This document shows positions 19,342 through 29,621 of a stretch of DNA of 64,000 nt, one piece after another. The notes under the pieces were generated by a model. It was not told the DNA's origin, made no database searches, and saw nothing but the letters and a program-made list of their open reading frames with translations. The DNA lies in NCBI GenBank assembly GCA_963772365.1, contig CAVYXA010000001.1, forward strand, positions 448,001-512,000. The letters are read 5' to 3'. A program made the translations under genes and the position numbers. Position 1 is the stretch's first letter. Every line of letters starts with the position of its first letter. This DNA is from an uncultured Verrucomicrobiae bacterium. GTDB lineage: Bacteria; Verrucomicrobiota; Verrucomicrobiia; Chthoniobacterales; UBA10450.

Positions 19342-20532
19342 ATGAACATTCACGAGTATCAAGCCAAAGAGCTGTTGCAAAAATTCGGCGTCGCCACGAC
19401 GCGCGGTAAAGTCGCGGCATCGCCGGAAGAGGCTGAGGAGATCGCACGCGAGTTGGGCAATGTACCGGTTGTGGTCAAAGCGCAGATCCACGCCGGTGGG
19501 CGAGGGAAGGGGACATTCGCGAATGGATTCAAGGGCGGCGTCCACGTTGTAAAATCGCCCGAGGAAGCGCGCGAGGTGGCTGCGAAGATGCTCGGGCAAA
19601 CTCTGGTGACGCACCAGACCGGGACAGCCGGGCGGGTGGTCAACAAAGTGTTGGTCGCAGAAGCCGCCGAAATCGCGCGGGAAATTTACTTTGCGATTGT
19701 GCGCGATCGGCCGAGCGCGTCGGCAGTGATCGTGGCCAGCATGGAAGGCGGAGTTGAGATCGAGGCTGTGGCGGCGAAGTCGCCGGAGAAAATCATTCGG
19801 GAGCTTGTCGATCCGCTTGCCGGGCTGCAACCTTTTCAGACACGCAAGCTTGCCAAAAAGCTGGGATTTGAATCATCGCAATTGAAAGCCACGTCGAAGC
19901 TGTTCGACGGACTTTATCGCGCATTTGTGGGGTGTGATTGTTCGTTAGCGGAGATTAATCCGCTGGTTGTGACGCCGAAAGGCGAAGTTCTCGCTCTCGA
20001 CGCGAAATTCGATTTCGATGATAACGCCCTCTTTCGGCATCCAGAGATCGCAGCGTTGCGCGACATCGCCGAGGAAGATCCGCGCGAAGTCGAGGCTTCC
20101 AAGCACGGGCTCAATTACATCGGGCTGGACGGAAATATCGCGTGTCTGGTGAACGGAGCCGGCCTGGCAATGGCTACGATGGATATCATCAAGTTCTACG
20201 GTGGCAACCCGGCCAATTTCCTGGACGTCGGCGGAAGCGCGACCGAGGAGCAGGTAACTGAAGCGTTCAAGATCTTAATCTCCGACAAACATGTAGAGAC
20301 AATCCTGGTAAACATTTTCGGCGGAATCATGAGATGCGATGTGATCGCGCAAGGGATCATCAGTGCCGCGAAAGCGGTCAGACTGAACGTGCCGTTGGTG
20401 GTGCGATTGGAAGGAACCAATGTCGATGCTGGAAAAAAATTGCTAAGCGAAAGTGGTCTCGCCGTGATCGCCGCCGATGATTTGGCCGATGCCGCGCAAA
20501 AAGCAGTGAAAGCCTCCGGAGAGAAAAAATGA
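19342..20532 (+). CDS. sucC: Succinyl-CoA synthetase beta subunit
   Basis: '[12 protein letters not shown]', '[12 protein letters not shown]', '[11 protein letters not shown]', 'PANFLDVGG'. Confidence 0.97.
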   Translation: MNIHEYQAKELLQKFGVATTRGKVAASPEEAEEIARELGNVPVVVKAQIHAGGRGKGTFANGFKGGVHVVKSPEEAREVAAKMLGQTLVTHQTGTAGRVVNKVLVAEAAEIAREIYFAIVRDRPSASAVIVASMEGGVEIEAVAAKSPEKIIRELVDPLAGLQPFQTRKLAKKLGFESSQLKATSKLFDGLYRAFVGCDCSLAEINPLVVTPKGEVLALDAKFDFDDNALFRHPEIAALRDIAEEDPREVEASKHGLNYIGLDGNIACLVNGAGLAMATMDIIKFYGGNPANFLDVGGSATEEQVTEAFKILISDKHVETILVNIFGGIMRCDVIAQGIISAAKAVRLNVPLVVRLEGTNVDAGKKLLSESGLAVIAADDLADAAQKAVKASGEKK

Positions 20533-20912
20533 AAGCAACGAACATCGCGTTTACCGGAATTCCCGTCACAGACATCAAACGGGCGCGAGCGTTTTACGAA
20601 GGCGTTCTTGGGTTGAAGTTATCCGAAGAAATGGGGAAGGGCCATTGGCTCGAATACGCAATCGGCGACGGCACTCTGGCCCTGGCAAATTTTCCTGGCC
20701 AGTGGAAGCCGTCAGAAGGCGGAACAAGCGTGGCGCTGGAAGTGGAGAATTTCGAGGAAGCGATTCGGCAATTGAAAGATCGACAAGTCCCCTTCGATGC
20801 CGAGGCGTTTGAAAGTCCATGTTGTCGCATGGCAGTGGTCCAAGATCCGGACGGCAACAAGATCATCATCCACAAACTCAAACCGGAAAACGAAAAGGAA
20901 CCCTGTCTATGA
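20529..20912 (+). CDS. VOC/glyoxalase family protein
   Basis: '[19 protein letters not shown]', '[11 protein letters not shown]'. Confidence 0.88.
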   Translation: MKATNIAFTGIPVTDIKRARAFYEGVLGLKLSEEMGKGHWLEYAIGDGTLALANFPGQWKPSEGGTSVALEVENFEEAIRQLKDRQVPFDAEAFESPCCRMAVVQDPDGNKIIIHKLKPENEKEPCL

Positions 20913-21269
20913 TTACAAACGAAGTGGCTTTTATTGCGATCGCGGTTTCCGACAAAGAGCGTGCACGAAAGTTTTATCAGGAAATGCTGGAACTAAAACC
21001 AGCGCGCACTCAAATGGATGGTGCCTGGGTCGAGGACCGATCTTGGCCCGGTCACGATCGGCGTAGGTTGTCATCCGGCCTGGCAACCGTCGCGAGACGG
21101 AACCACGGTCGCCTTCGAGGTCCAAAATATCGACGAGGCGTTCAACAAATTGAAAGATCGCGGCGTGACGTTCGACATCGACAAAACTGAGACGCCGGTT
21201 TGCTGGATGGCGCAATTTCGTGATCCGGATGGAAACAAGCTGGTCATTCACACGAGAAAGCAAATATGA
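20909..21269 (+). CDS. Second VOC/glyoxalase family protein, frameshifted near 21035
   Basis: 'IAVSDKERARKFYQEMLEL' joins 'TVAFEVQNIDEA..FRDPDGNKLVIH'. Confidence 0.82.
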
Positions 21270-21343
21270 AATCAAGAAAGCAGGAAAACAGGAATGGTTG
21301 AAGTCCTCTGCATTTTTCCTGTGTTCCTGCGTTCCTAATTCTT

Positions 21344-22228
21344 ATGTCTGTTTTGGTCGACGAAAGCACGCGTCTGGTAGTGCAGGGAATTACCGGCAGC
21401 GCCGGCGCATTCCATGCGCGGCAATGCATGGAGTATGGCACCAATGTCGTGGCCGGCGTTACGCCGGGAAAGGGCGGACAAATGTTCGACGGCAAAGTGC
21501 CGGTATTCGATACGGTTTGGGAAGCGAAACAAAAAACCAATTGCAATGTGTCGGTGATTTTCGTGCCGGCGCCCGCGGCTGCCGATTCAATTCTGGAGGC
21601 CGTGGATGCCGATCTCGATCTTGTAGTTTGCATCACGGAGGGGATTCCCGTGATGGACATGATGCGAGCAAAAGCGCAAATGCGCGGAAAGAAAACGCGC
21701 CTGATCGGGCCGAACTGCCCCGGAATCATCACTCCCGGCGCGTGCAAAATTGGGATCATGCCGGGGTACATTCACAAGCCGGGGAAGGTGGCGGTGATTT
21801 CGCGCTCGGGAACGTTGACTTACGAAGCCGTTTGGCAATTGACCGAGCGCGGCTATGGACAATCGACCTGCATCGGAATCGGCGGCGATCCGATCAATGG
21901 CATGTCGCATTTGGATGCCGTGAAACTTTTCAATGAAGATCCCGGCACCGATGCGATGGTGCTGATCGGCGAAATCGGTGGGTCAGCCGAGGAAGAAGCG
22001 GCTGAATGGATCAAGACGAATTGCAAGAAACCAATCGCTGCCTTTATCGCCGGCATGACCGCACCACCGGGTCGAAGAATGGGCCATGCTGGAGCGATTG
22101 TTTCCGGAGGAAAAGGAACGGCCGCGGGGAAAATTGAAGCGCTGAAGGCAGCTGGAATTGCTATTGCCGAGACTCCGGCGACAATGGCGGATACGTTAAT
22201 TCGCAGCATGAAAGGCAAGAAAAGATGA
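21344..22228 (+). CDS. sucD: Succinyl-CoA synthetase alpha subunit
   Basis: 'VQGITG', 'GVTPGKGG', 'GPNCPGII', '[10 protein letters not shown]', 'RRMGHAGA'. Confidence 0.97.
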   Translation: MSVLVDESTRLVVQGITGSAGAFHARQCMEYGTNVVAGVTPGKGGQMFDGKVPVFDTVWEAKQKTNCNVSVIFVPAPAAADSILEAVDADLDLVVCITEGIPVMDMMRAKAQMRGKKTRLIGPNCPGIITPGACKIGIMPGYIHKPGKVAVISRSGTLTYEAVWQLTERGYGQSTCIGIGGDPINGMSHLDAVKLFNEDPGTDAMVLIGEIGGSAEEEAAEWIKTNCKKPIAAFIAGMTAPPGRRMGHAGAIVSGGKGTAAGKIEALKAAGIAIAETPATMADTLIRSMKGKKR

Positions 22229-23346
22229 TCTCACGCGGACTCGAAGGCGTTGTGGCAAACACCACGCGATTAAGCGCCGTGATCGGCGATAAGGGACAAC
22301 TTGTTTATTGCGGTTACGACATCAACGAATTGGCTGGCAAAGTCAGCTACGAAGAAGTGGTTTACCTGCTTTGGAATAACAAGCTGCCGAATCGGGCTGA
22401 GCTCGACCGGTGCGCAAATCAGTTGCGCGCGCAAAGGCAATTGCCGGACGGGTTGATCGATTTCATCAAAAAAGCACCAAAGAACGCGGCGCCGATGGAT
22501 GTAATGCGGACCGCGATCTCGATGCTCGGGCTCTACGATCCGAATATTCACGAAGCAACATTTGAAAAAGGAAAAGAACGAGCCCGCAGCATCACGGCCA
22601 AGATTGGTGTGATCGCGGCTTATTTTCATCGGGCACGCAATGGCCAGCCGTTGCCGCCAGTGCGCGAGGATCTTGGGGAAGCGGCGCATTTTCTTTATTT
22701 AATAAACGGCGAAGAGCCGCCAAAGGAGGCGGCAGATACCCTGGATGTGGCGTTTGTTCTGCATGCCGATCACGGAACGAATGCGTCCACGTTTAGCGCC
22801 CGGGTAACAATTTCGACCTTGAGCGACATGTACTCAGCGATCACCTCGGCAATCGGAACATTGAAGGGCCCGCTCCACGGTGGCGCGAACGAGGGAGTCA
22901 TTCGCATGCTGGAGGAAATCGGCAGCGAGGAGAATGTCGATGCTTACGTCGAGAAGAAGCTCGCCGCGCATGAAAAGATCATGGGAATTGGCCATCGCGT
23001 TTATAAAGCGCTCGATCCGCGCGCGCCGCATCTTCGAGCGATGGCGATCAAGTTAAGCGAAAAAATTGGCGAACCGAAATGGATCCGGATGAGCGAGCGG
23101 ATTGCTAAATTAATGAAGGAAAAGAAAAACTTGAACGCAAATGTCGATTTTTATTCGGCCACGGTTTATCACTCGCTGGGCATTCCCACGGATCTGTTTA
23201 CCCCGATCTTTGCCATTGCTCGCTGTTCCGGATGGTGTGCGCACGTTCTGGAACAGCTCGAAGATAATCGTCTTTACCGGCCGCTCTCCCAATATGTGGG
23301 CGAGCCGGTTGGGAAGAAAGTTATCCCCATCGACAAACGTCCCTGA
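22225..23346 (+). CDS. gltA: Citrate synthase (short type; 2-methylcitrate synthase not excluded)
   Basis: '[12 protein letters not shown]', '[11 protein letters not shown]', 'MGIGHRVYK', 'ANVDFYS'. Confidence 0.88.
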   Translation: MISRGLEGVVANTTRLSAVIGDKGQLVYCGYDINELAGKVSYEEVVYLLWNNKLPNRAELDRCANQLRAQRQLPDGLIDFIKKAPKNAAPMDVMRTAISMLGLYDPNIHEATFEKGKERARSITAKIGVIAAYFHRARNGQPLPPVREDLGEAAHFLYLINGEEPPKEAADTLDVAFVLHADHGTNASTFSARVTISTLSDMYSAITSAIGTLKGPLHGGANEGVIRMLEEIGSEENVDAYVEKKLAAHEKIMGIGHRVYKALDPRAPHLRAMAIKLSEKIGEPKWIRMSERIAKLMKEKKNLNANVDFYSATVYHSLGIPTDLFTPIFAIARCSGWCAHVLEQLEDNRLYRPLSQYVGEPVGKKVIPIDKRP

Positions 23347-23422
23347 GACTCGCGGGTTCGCCGATCTGATTATGTTCGGCCCGAGCTGGACTGGCGTTCT
23401 GAAGATCACGATCGGCTGCTAC

Positions 23423-23450
23423 GGGATTCCTCGACTTCGCTCGGAATGAC
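23423..23450. repeat. Half copy of the GTCATTCCGAGC..GCTCGGAATGAC dispersed palindromic element
   Basis: GGGATTCCTCGACTTCGCTCGGAATGAC; near reverse complement at 27538-27567; two-armed copy at 47263-47357. Confidence 0.7.
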
Positions 23451-23471
23451 GGCTTCAATTACATCGCTTCT

Positions 23472-23840
23472 ATGAACATGCTTTCACTTATCGCTATCAC
23501 TTGGTTCGGCGAGGAACATCGCTTTCTCGGGTTGGACTGGAGTTATCTCATGATCCTCGGCTTCATCGGGAACGCATTATTTTCGATGCGATTTCTCGTT
23601 CAATGGCTCGCTTCCGAACGCCAGGGCGAAAGCATCATTCCGGTTTCCTTCTGGTATTGGAGCATCGCCGGCAGCGTCCTGATGTGTTTCTATTTTGTTT
23701 TCCGGCGCGATCCCGTTGGAATTCTCGCCTATCTGCCGAATTCGCTCATTTACATCCGCAATCTAATGCTGATCCGGAAACGCAAATTCGCTTACACCGC
23801 CGCTGCACCCTCGCAAAATCCGCAGGAACAGAATCGTTAG
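23472..23840 (+). CDS. Lipid A biosynthesis N-terminal (LAB_N) domain membrane protein
   Basis: 'GFIGNALFSMRFLVQWLASERQGESIIPVSFWYWS..RRDPV..IYIRNL'. Confidence 0.88.
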   Translation: MNMLSLIAITWFGEEHRFLGLDWSYLMILGFIGNALFSMRFLVQWLASERQGESIIPVSFWYWSIAGSVLMCFYFVFRRDPVGILAYLPNSLIYIRNLMLIRKRKFAYTAAAPSQNPQEQNR

Positions 23841-23866
23841 GGATAAACAAGACGAAGCACCGATTC

Positions 23867-24991
23867 TTATTTCAGGGCTTGTTCAAGCAGATCGGCCAGG
23901 CGCCAACCCGCTTTGTGTAATTCCTCACGCACGACATTGTCGGCCCAGGCCCGATACTTTAGATGATTTGGGTCAGGTTTTTCCACCGCTTCTCCCGCAG
24001 CCACAACGCGGTTCTCTTCCTGGAGCGCACTTACTTTGCGGAAGGAAAGCCGCTCGTGAGCCTCACGGGCGATTGGCAACATTTCATTCGCCCAAGCCTC
24101 CGCGTAATTGTCGATGCTAATGCCTTGTGAAACGCGCCAGTTCTTCGGCTCACTCACGGTCATTTCGCGAACCAGCCTCCGCTTCAATGGCTCAATTTGG
24201 TCCTGCCGTTCATTCTTTGGGAGCCTCTCTGGAACCGTTGGAAACAGATCGTTTACTGCGTCGTAATCCCAGAAGCCGTGAAACGTCTTCCTGCGGGCAC
24301 CCCTGCCGCTTCGGGCTTCCTTGATTAGTTTCAGCGTAAAAGTGTTCCCGCCTTCATCTACCAGAGCCGATTTGTCCTTTTCCGGATCGGTCACCTGACC
24401 CCTCGCATCGAAATACGCCGCGCCCACGTGCAGCGGTTGATGAATGTCGCCTACATAATGGGCGAGCAGAATGATGGCGATCGGTTTCGTAATTTTTCGA
24501 TCGTTATTCTCCGGCACCCGGCCTTTCAACACATCCACGCAATAAGGGATCATATGGACGATGTCCCACTTGCTGCGTCCAACCCGTCCGGCGTTGTATT
24601 GCTGAAGGGGAACAATCGGGACGTCGGTGTAGTGAAACCAATGATGCGAAGGAGTCGCGGAATTCCGGTCCTGCGTAGGCTGGTTTGCCTTCCAAAACTC
24701 TATTAGTTGCGAATCAATTTCGGGCCAGATGGAATAATGAAAGCTTCCGATGTCATTCGGCCCATTCGTGTCCCAGCCCTTGATCACATCTGCGATTACT
24801 GCCGCTCGCTCGAGAGAAGGGACACCATCGAGCAGGGCATGTACTTTTTGGCCGGTCCCGGTATTGGCGAGAAGCTCATCGGCTATTGCGCCCACGATCT
24901 CGTGTCCGAGTGGCCCATAGGCGAGCAGCGAATGGCTGAATCCGATCGCAATCAGAATCGCTGCCGCGACATGGCAAAATGGTGACTTCAT
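23867..24991 (-). CDS. Secreted S1/P1 nuclease
   Basis: Signal peptide then 'YGPLGHEIVG', 'WFHYTD', 'HYVGDIHQPLH', 'GGN', 'FHGFWD'. Confidence 0.88.
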   Translation of the reverse strand: MKSPFCHVAAAILIAIGFSHSLLAYGPLGHEIVGAIADELLANTGTGQKVHALLDGVPSLERAAVIADVIKGWDTNGPNDIGSFHYSIWPEIDSQLIEFWKANQPTQDRNSATPSHHWFHYTDVPIVPLQQYNAGRVGRSKWDIVHMIPYCVDVLKGRVPENNDRKITKPIAIILLAHYVGDIHQPLHVGAAYFDARGQVTDPEKDKSALVDEGGNTFTLKLIKEARSGRGARRKTFHGFWDYDAVNDLFPTVPERLPKNERQDQIEPLKRRLVREMTVSEPKNWRVSQGISIDNYAEAWANEMLPIAREAHERLSFRKVSALQEENRVVAAGEAVEKPDPNHLKYRAWADNVVREELHKAGWRLADLLEQALK

Positions 24992-25044
24992 TTTCTTGCG
25001 AAACCGCGACATTACGTTTGCTGAAAACAAATGTCAGGTCGATT

Positions 25045-25794
25045 TCACGGCAGAAAAGCAGCCCGGATTTCAGCAATTCGTTTCTCCAACTTTGAAAAAT
25101 GCGAGCCGGCCCAGTAGATATGACCGCACCCGGTGCATCGGCGAAATTGCTGATAGTAAAGCTTCGTTAGCGCCTCGAGTTTTTCGATAACGCTGCTTTT
25201 CTCGACTTTCTCCAGCAGAGCATTGCATCTCAGGCAGCGGATGAACGGATTAATGGCAGTAGAGAGGTCGAATCGAGTTATCACTTCGACGGTCTGCTTG
25301 ATTGGGTTCTGCGACCGCAAATAGTAGCCATGCTGCACAATTGCATGCATCAACAACCGACGGTCGCGGGTGAGCAGCGCTCTTTGTTGAGTCGTCGCCA
25401 GGTCGAGCAATTGTCGATCCTCGGCAGCTCGATCGTAAAGAACGTCGAATCCGAGCAAACGCAGATTGCGCACGAGTTTTCCGAGATGATTATCGGCAAC
25501 AAATCGCCTGAGATCACTCACTTGCAGCCGTTTGTCCGCAAATAATGTGGGGCCTGATTTTACCGGATAAATGTCGATGTCCGCGTCAGACTCAATCGTT
25601 GTGGCGAAATTAACCGGAGATCCGTTCACAAGAATCAAATCCACCTCTGGATGCGGTACGCCGCACGATTCAATCACGTCCTTTACTGAACTCTTTTCCT
25701 TCAGCCTACGCTGCACAGTTCCATTGCTGCCGATGGAGTTAAGAAAGAACGTCAGGTTGCCGTGAAATTTCAGTCGAGCGGTAAAGAGGCTCAC
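25045..25794 (-). CDS. Mut7-C RNase with N-terminal ubiquitin-like domain
   Basis: 'SVKDVIESCGVPHPEVDLILVNG', 'RFVADNHLGKLVRNLRLLGFD', 'RCLRCN..RRCTGCGHIYWAGSH'. Confidence 0.88.
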   Translation of the reverse strand: MSLFTARLKFHGNLTFFLNSIGSNGTVQRRLKEKSSVKDVIESCGVPHPEVDLILVNGSPVNFATTIESDADIDIYPVKSGPTLFADKRLQVSDLRRFVADNHLGKLVRNLRLLGFDVLYDRAAEDRQLLDLATTQQRALLTRDRRLLMHAIVQHGYYLRSQNPIKQTVEVITRFDLSTAINPFIRCLRCNALLEKVEKSSVIEKLEALTKLYYQQFRRCTGCGHIYWAGSHFSKLEKRIAEIRAAFLP

Positions 25795-25795
25795 G

Positions 25796-26460
25796 TCAAT
25801 CGACAATTCGCGCCGTCGAATAGGCGTATTCGAATGTGGTCCCGCGCGGGCGGGCCATGAATTTTCCAGGCCCGAACGGTTCATCTTCGCCGTAGTAACA
25901 ATCGATCTGCCATCGGTGCAGGCCACCGCCAGTATCGACAATTTTCCAGCGGTTGCTGCCAAAGATTTGTTTCACTGTGGTAGAAGATGTTTCGATGATC
26001 ACTCCGCGCCGCAAACTTGCCTGACCCAATTTCGCTGCAGTGGAATAGCGCGGGACCAAAACGCCGCCGCCGCCGGCCGGATGATGGCTGAACCCGTAGG
26101 AATTTCCGCCGACGTAGTGGACGTAATGCCGGCCGTTTACTGGCGTCATTATTCGGCCGGAGCCCTCCTTTTTGACTGAGCGCAAGAAATCGCGCGGATA
26201 CTTTCGCCCGTGTAAGCCTGGTTTTGTCACAGGGGTGGCATCAAAGCCGCGTTCAAAAGTGAACCCGGATTCCTTCGGCGTGTAATAAAGCGTGCAGACG
26301 ACAAAGTATTCGCCGGCATGCCCACTCGGGCGCCGCGCGAGTTTTTCGTTTTCAATTCTGAGCCGCTGCACAACTTCCGGCCACGGAATGTCCGCCAAAA
26401 TTTGCGGCAGGATCGACAGCCAAAATGCTGCGATTAGCTGCCAAAGAAGTCGCCGAGCGG
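25796..26460 (-). CDS. Secreted protein with 3D (Asp-Asp-Asp)-like motif; start uncertain
   Basis: Hydrophobic N-region; 'WKIVDTGGGLHRWQIDCYYG' resembles the 3D-domain DTG..ID.Y motif. Confidence 0.55.
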
Positions 26461-27522
26461 CCGGCCGAGCAAAACTTCGATCGGCAGCTTTTTGGTCTCG
26501 TATTCGTAAGGAGGCGGTTTCCACGAGAATTTCTCCGGATACAACTTTCGGATGCAGCGGATGATTGCAACGCCTGTTTCAAACGGGCGAAAGATATTAC
26601 GATCGAGGACGTGGAGTTGCGCGCCTCCGCAAAGTTCGCCAGCGAACTTGTGAAATGTCGGCTGGAAATAGTTCTCCCGAAAGTAAACGCCGGGCAGTCG
26701 TGGATCATTCAGCTCGCGGCAAAGTTCCTCGGCGTCGATAAAGGGCGCGCCGAAGATTTCGAAGGGGCGCGTCGTCCCGCGCCCTTCCGAGATGTTTGTC
26801 CCTTCCAAGAGACACATTCCCGGATAAACCGTGGCAGTATCGAGTGTAGACATGTTGGGAGATGGCATTACCCAGGGCAGACCGGTTTGATCGAACCACA
26901 TCGCGCGTTCCCAATTTTTCATCGGCAGGATCGACAATCGGCATTTTGGAAATGCTTCCTCTTGAAATTGTCGGGCGAGTTCGCCGATCGTTTTGCCATG
27001 CCGAACGGGGATCGGATGCATACCAACAAACGATTTGTAATTCGGGTCCAGCACCGGTCCTTCCGTCATGGCACCACTGATGGGGTTTGGACGATCGAGC
27101 ACCACGACGCCGACGTCGTGTCTCTCGCAGGCGCGCATGCAGAGGTAAAGCGTCCAGATAAAAGTGTAATAGCGGGACCCGACGTCCTGAAGATCGACAA
27201 CGAGCGCGTCGAGGTCACGCAGCATCGCTGCAGTCGGTTCTCGATCTTCGCCGTAAAGGCTGTAAACCGGAATCCCGAGTCGGGGATATTTGTAACTATT
27301 CCACTCGACCATGTTGTCCTGTGTCTGCCCAAGAAATCCATGCTGCGGGCCGAAAAAGGCAGCCAGCCGAAAAAGATCACCGTTATGCTGCTCGAGGATT
27401 CGCGATGTGTGCTCCAGTTTGGATAAGACCGAAGCCGGATGCAGGAGAGCGCCGATTTTAGCGCCGCGAAGTTTCTGCGGCCAAACCTCGGTCAGATGAT
27501 CAATTGGAAGCAGAACCGGCAT
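26434..27522 (-). CDS. DUF1343 exo-beta-N-acetylmuramidase NamZ family
   Basis: 'FGPQHGF', 'PVYSLYG', 'DLQDVGSRYYTF', 'LDRPNP', 'EGRGTTRPFE'. Confidence 0.9.
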   Translation of the reverse strand: MPVLLPIDHLTEVWPQKLRGAKIGALLHPASVLSKLEHTSRILEQHNGDLFRLAAFFGPQHGFLGQTQDNMVEWNSYKYPRLGIPVYSLYGEDREPTAAMLRDLDALVVDLQDVGSRYYTFIWTLYLCMRACERHDVGVVVLDRPNPISGAMTEGPVLDPNYKSFVGMHPIPVRHGKTIGELARQFQEEAFPKCRLSILPMKNWERAMWFDQTGLPWVMPSPNMSTLDTATVYPGMCLLEGTNISEGRGTTRPFEIFGAPFIDAEELCRELNDPRLPGVYFRENYFQPTFHKFAGELCGGAQLHVLDRNIFRPFETGVAIIRCIRKLYPEKFSWKPPPYEYETKKLPIEVLLGRPLGDFFGS

Positions 27523-27577
27523 GAACACAATCATCCGGTCATTCCGAGCGAAGTCGAGGATTCCCGTCGAACTGCAT

Positions 27578-29209
27578 TCACCGAGGTGACGATCCAGGCC
27601 GCCGTCGCGCGGAAGCCCTCCAGAGCAGTACCATGATCGCGATCAAGCTGACGCCGGTACAAACTTCCGCAAACACTTCCCCGTGACGAACGTAAAACGT
27701 GAGCGTATGACTCGTCGGAACATTCACGGTCCCATTGAGGACTCCTTCGGCGAAAGTGTTTCCCGTTTCATCCTGCAAGATTTGAGTGACCCGGCCAAAT
27801 TGGTTTACGAAACAGGTCACACCCGTGTTTGCGGCGCGAACCATTGGCCGCCGCGTCTCGACGCATCGAAAAATCGCGTTCTGAAGATGTTGCCGCGACC
27901 CAGCCGACCGCAGGAACCATGCGTCGTTGGTTACGTTTGCCAGCAAATCCGCGCCATTTAAAACAAACCGGCGAGTCAGATCCCCGATGGTGTCCTCGAA
28001 ACAAATGAGCGGTGCTACCCCGATGTTGCTCTTGCTCAAATGAAAAACCGTGTGCTTGGTGCCCACGTCGAAATCGCCGGGAACCCATCTCCCTGCGACA
28101 GCGGCGAAAAGCGGAAACGAACGACGCAGCGGAATGTATTCACCAAATGGAACCAGATGCACTTTGCGATAAATCTGTATCTGCTGAGTCGCGCCTGAAA
28201 TTAACGCTGCGGCATTGTAATCATGTCGATCCTGCACATCGAGTGTGCCGAGCAGCAAATCAGTTCCAGTGGCTGCGGAAAGCTCGGACACGAAGCGATA
28301 ACTGGCGGTACCCAGAAAAGTCACCGGCTCCGGCATAGCGCTTTCGGGCCAAACCAGAAGATTGGGTGGGGGGCTCGAATGAACTGCAATTTCGGTCAAA
28401 CGCTGGAAACGATCGAAGATTTGCGCGACGAACTGAGGATCGAACTTCTGCTCCTGCGGCACATTGGCTTCAATCGCAGACACGTGAAGCGGTCTGGTCG
28501 GCGATGGATTCTGCACACGATAAAGACCGAACGTCAGCAGGCCAACAATTCCGGCCAGCGTCAGCGTGAGGTCGAAGTGCGGCAGCATGCGATGGGTTCG
28601 CGCTTCGAGAAACAACCGAACCGGCGTCGCGACCAGGATGATGTTTGTAAACACGACCACGAAGGAAAGTCCGATGGCACCGGTAAATTCCGCGACTTGG
28701 ATCAATGCCCAGTTGTCATGCAATGCGATGCCGATTCCGTTCCAACCAAATCCGGTGAAGAGCCAGCCACGAATCCATTCCTGCGCGACCCAGGCAGACG
28801 CGGCCAAGAGCGCCGCTAAAAGATTCTGTCCGGAACTAAGAAAATTACGAGGCTTGATCAGCCCGATAAACCACGACCAAAAGGCAAAGTAGAGCGCGAG
28901 ATAGATCGAGAGCAGCAGGGAAAGCCCGCGCAGCCAGAAATTTTCAAACAAAGTTCCCAGCGCGCCGAGCCAACTGAATGCGCAGGTGAAGAAAACGATC
29001 CCCGCGACGTATCCAATCAGCGCGTTGCGCAACCAGCGGCGTTTTGAATTCTCGCCGAAAAACCAAACAGCCATCGTAACCGGAGTCAGTGCGATCCAGC
29101 AGAGCCAGCTTTGATTGAATGGGGCGAAGCAAACCGCGTAGAGCAGCCCTGTCAGGATCGACAATAGCCACGGGACGATCGCAGTTAGTTTGCCCGGTAA
29201 GCGAGACAC
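27578..29209 (-). CDS. lnt: Apolipoprotein N-acyltransferase
   Basis: 'VWPESA', 'YRKVHLVPFGEYIP', 'PLICFED', 'NVTNDAWF', 'VRAANTG'. Confidence 0.95.
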   Translation of the reverse strand: MSRLPGKLTAIVPWLLSILTGLLYAVCFAPFNQSWLCWIALTPVTMAVWFFGENSKRRWLRNALIGYVAGIVFFTCAFSWLGALGTLFENFWLRGLSLLLSIYLALYFAFWSWFIGLIKPRNFLSSGQNLLAALLAASAWVAQEWIRGWLFTGFGWNGIGIALHDNWALIQVAEFTGAIGLSFVVVFTNIILVATPVRLFLEARTHRMLPHFDLTLTLAGIVGLLTFGLYRVQNPSPTRPLHVSAIEANVPQEQKFDPQFVAQIFDRFQRLTEIAVHSSPPPNLLVWPESAMPEPVTFLGTASYRFVSELSAATGTDLLLGTLDVQDRHDYNAAALISGATQQIQIYRKVHLVPFGEYIPLRRSFPLFAAVAGRWVPGDFDVGTKHTVFHLSKSNIGVAPLICFEDTIGDLTRRFVLNGADLLANVTNDAWFLRSAGSRQHLQNAIFRCVETRRPMVRAANTGVTCFVNQFGRVTQILQDETGNTFAEGVLNGTVNVPTSHTLTFYVRHGEVFAEVCTGVSLIAIMVLLWRASARRRPGSSPR

Positions 29210-29288
29210 AACCGGGACATTAAACAGCCAAACTCAAACATCCAAGCTCGGGCGGTAAACCCGATTTGACCAGAGATGCGAAAACGAC

Positions 29289-29603
29289 TTAACCGCGGCG
29301 ACGGCGACGACGTTCGGGCTTTTGGTGACGGCCCGGGCTGATCGATTCGCGCAGATCACGCGTGTAATTCGCGTTCACGTGAAAGCTGCAATGCTCCACG
29401 TCTTCGAGACTTCGAACTTGCGACTTCTCGGTGACAACATAACCGAGCATGATCAGCCCGTTTAGATCGTCCAAAAGCTCGGCCGATTCCATTTCGCCAA
29501 TTTGTTGGAGCAATTGTCTGCCGTGAACAGCGGCGCCGGTCAGACCGATCGCTTTCAGAATCGTCGTCTCGCCGCCGCTTAGCTGAATTTCCCGGGCCAA
29601 CAT
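29289..29603 (-). CDS. Small hypothetical protein
   Basis: 104-aa ORF tightly packed and co-directional between the phosphohexomutase gene and lnt. Confidence 0.65.
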   Translation of the reverse strand: MLAREIQLSGGETTILKAIGLTGAAVHGRQLLQQIGEMESAELLDDLNGLIMLGYVVTEKSQVRSLEDVEHCSFHVNANYTRDLRESISPGRHQKPERRRRRRG

Positions 29604-29621
29604 GCAGCCGCTTTTAAGCAG

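Noticed and set aside
26425..27426. 333-aa plus-strand ORF (and similar ones at 8784-9686, 34729-35481, 55560-56387)
   Set aside because: Antisense to well-supported genes, as expected in GC-rich DNA.
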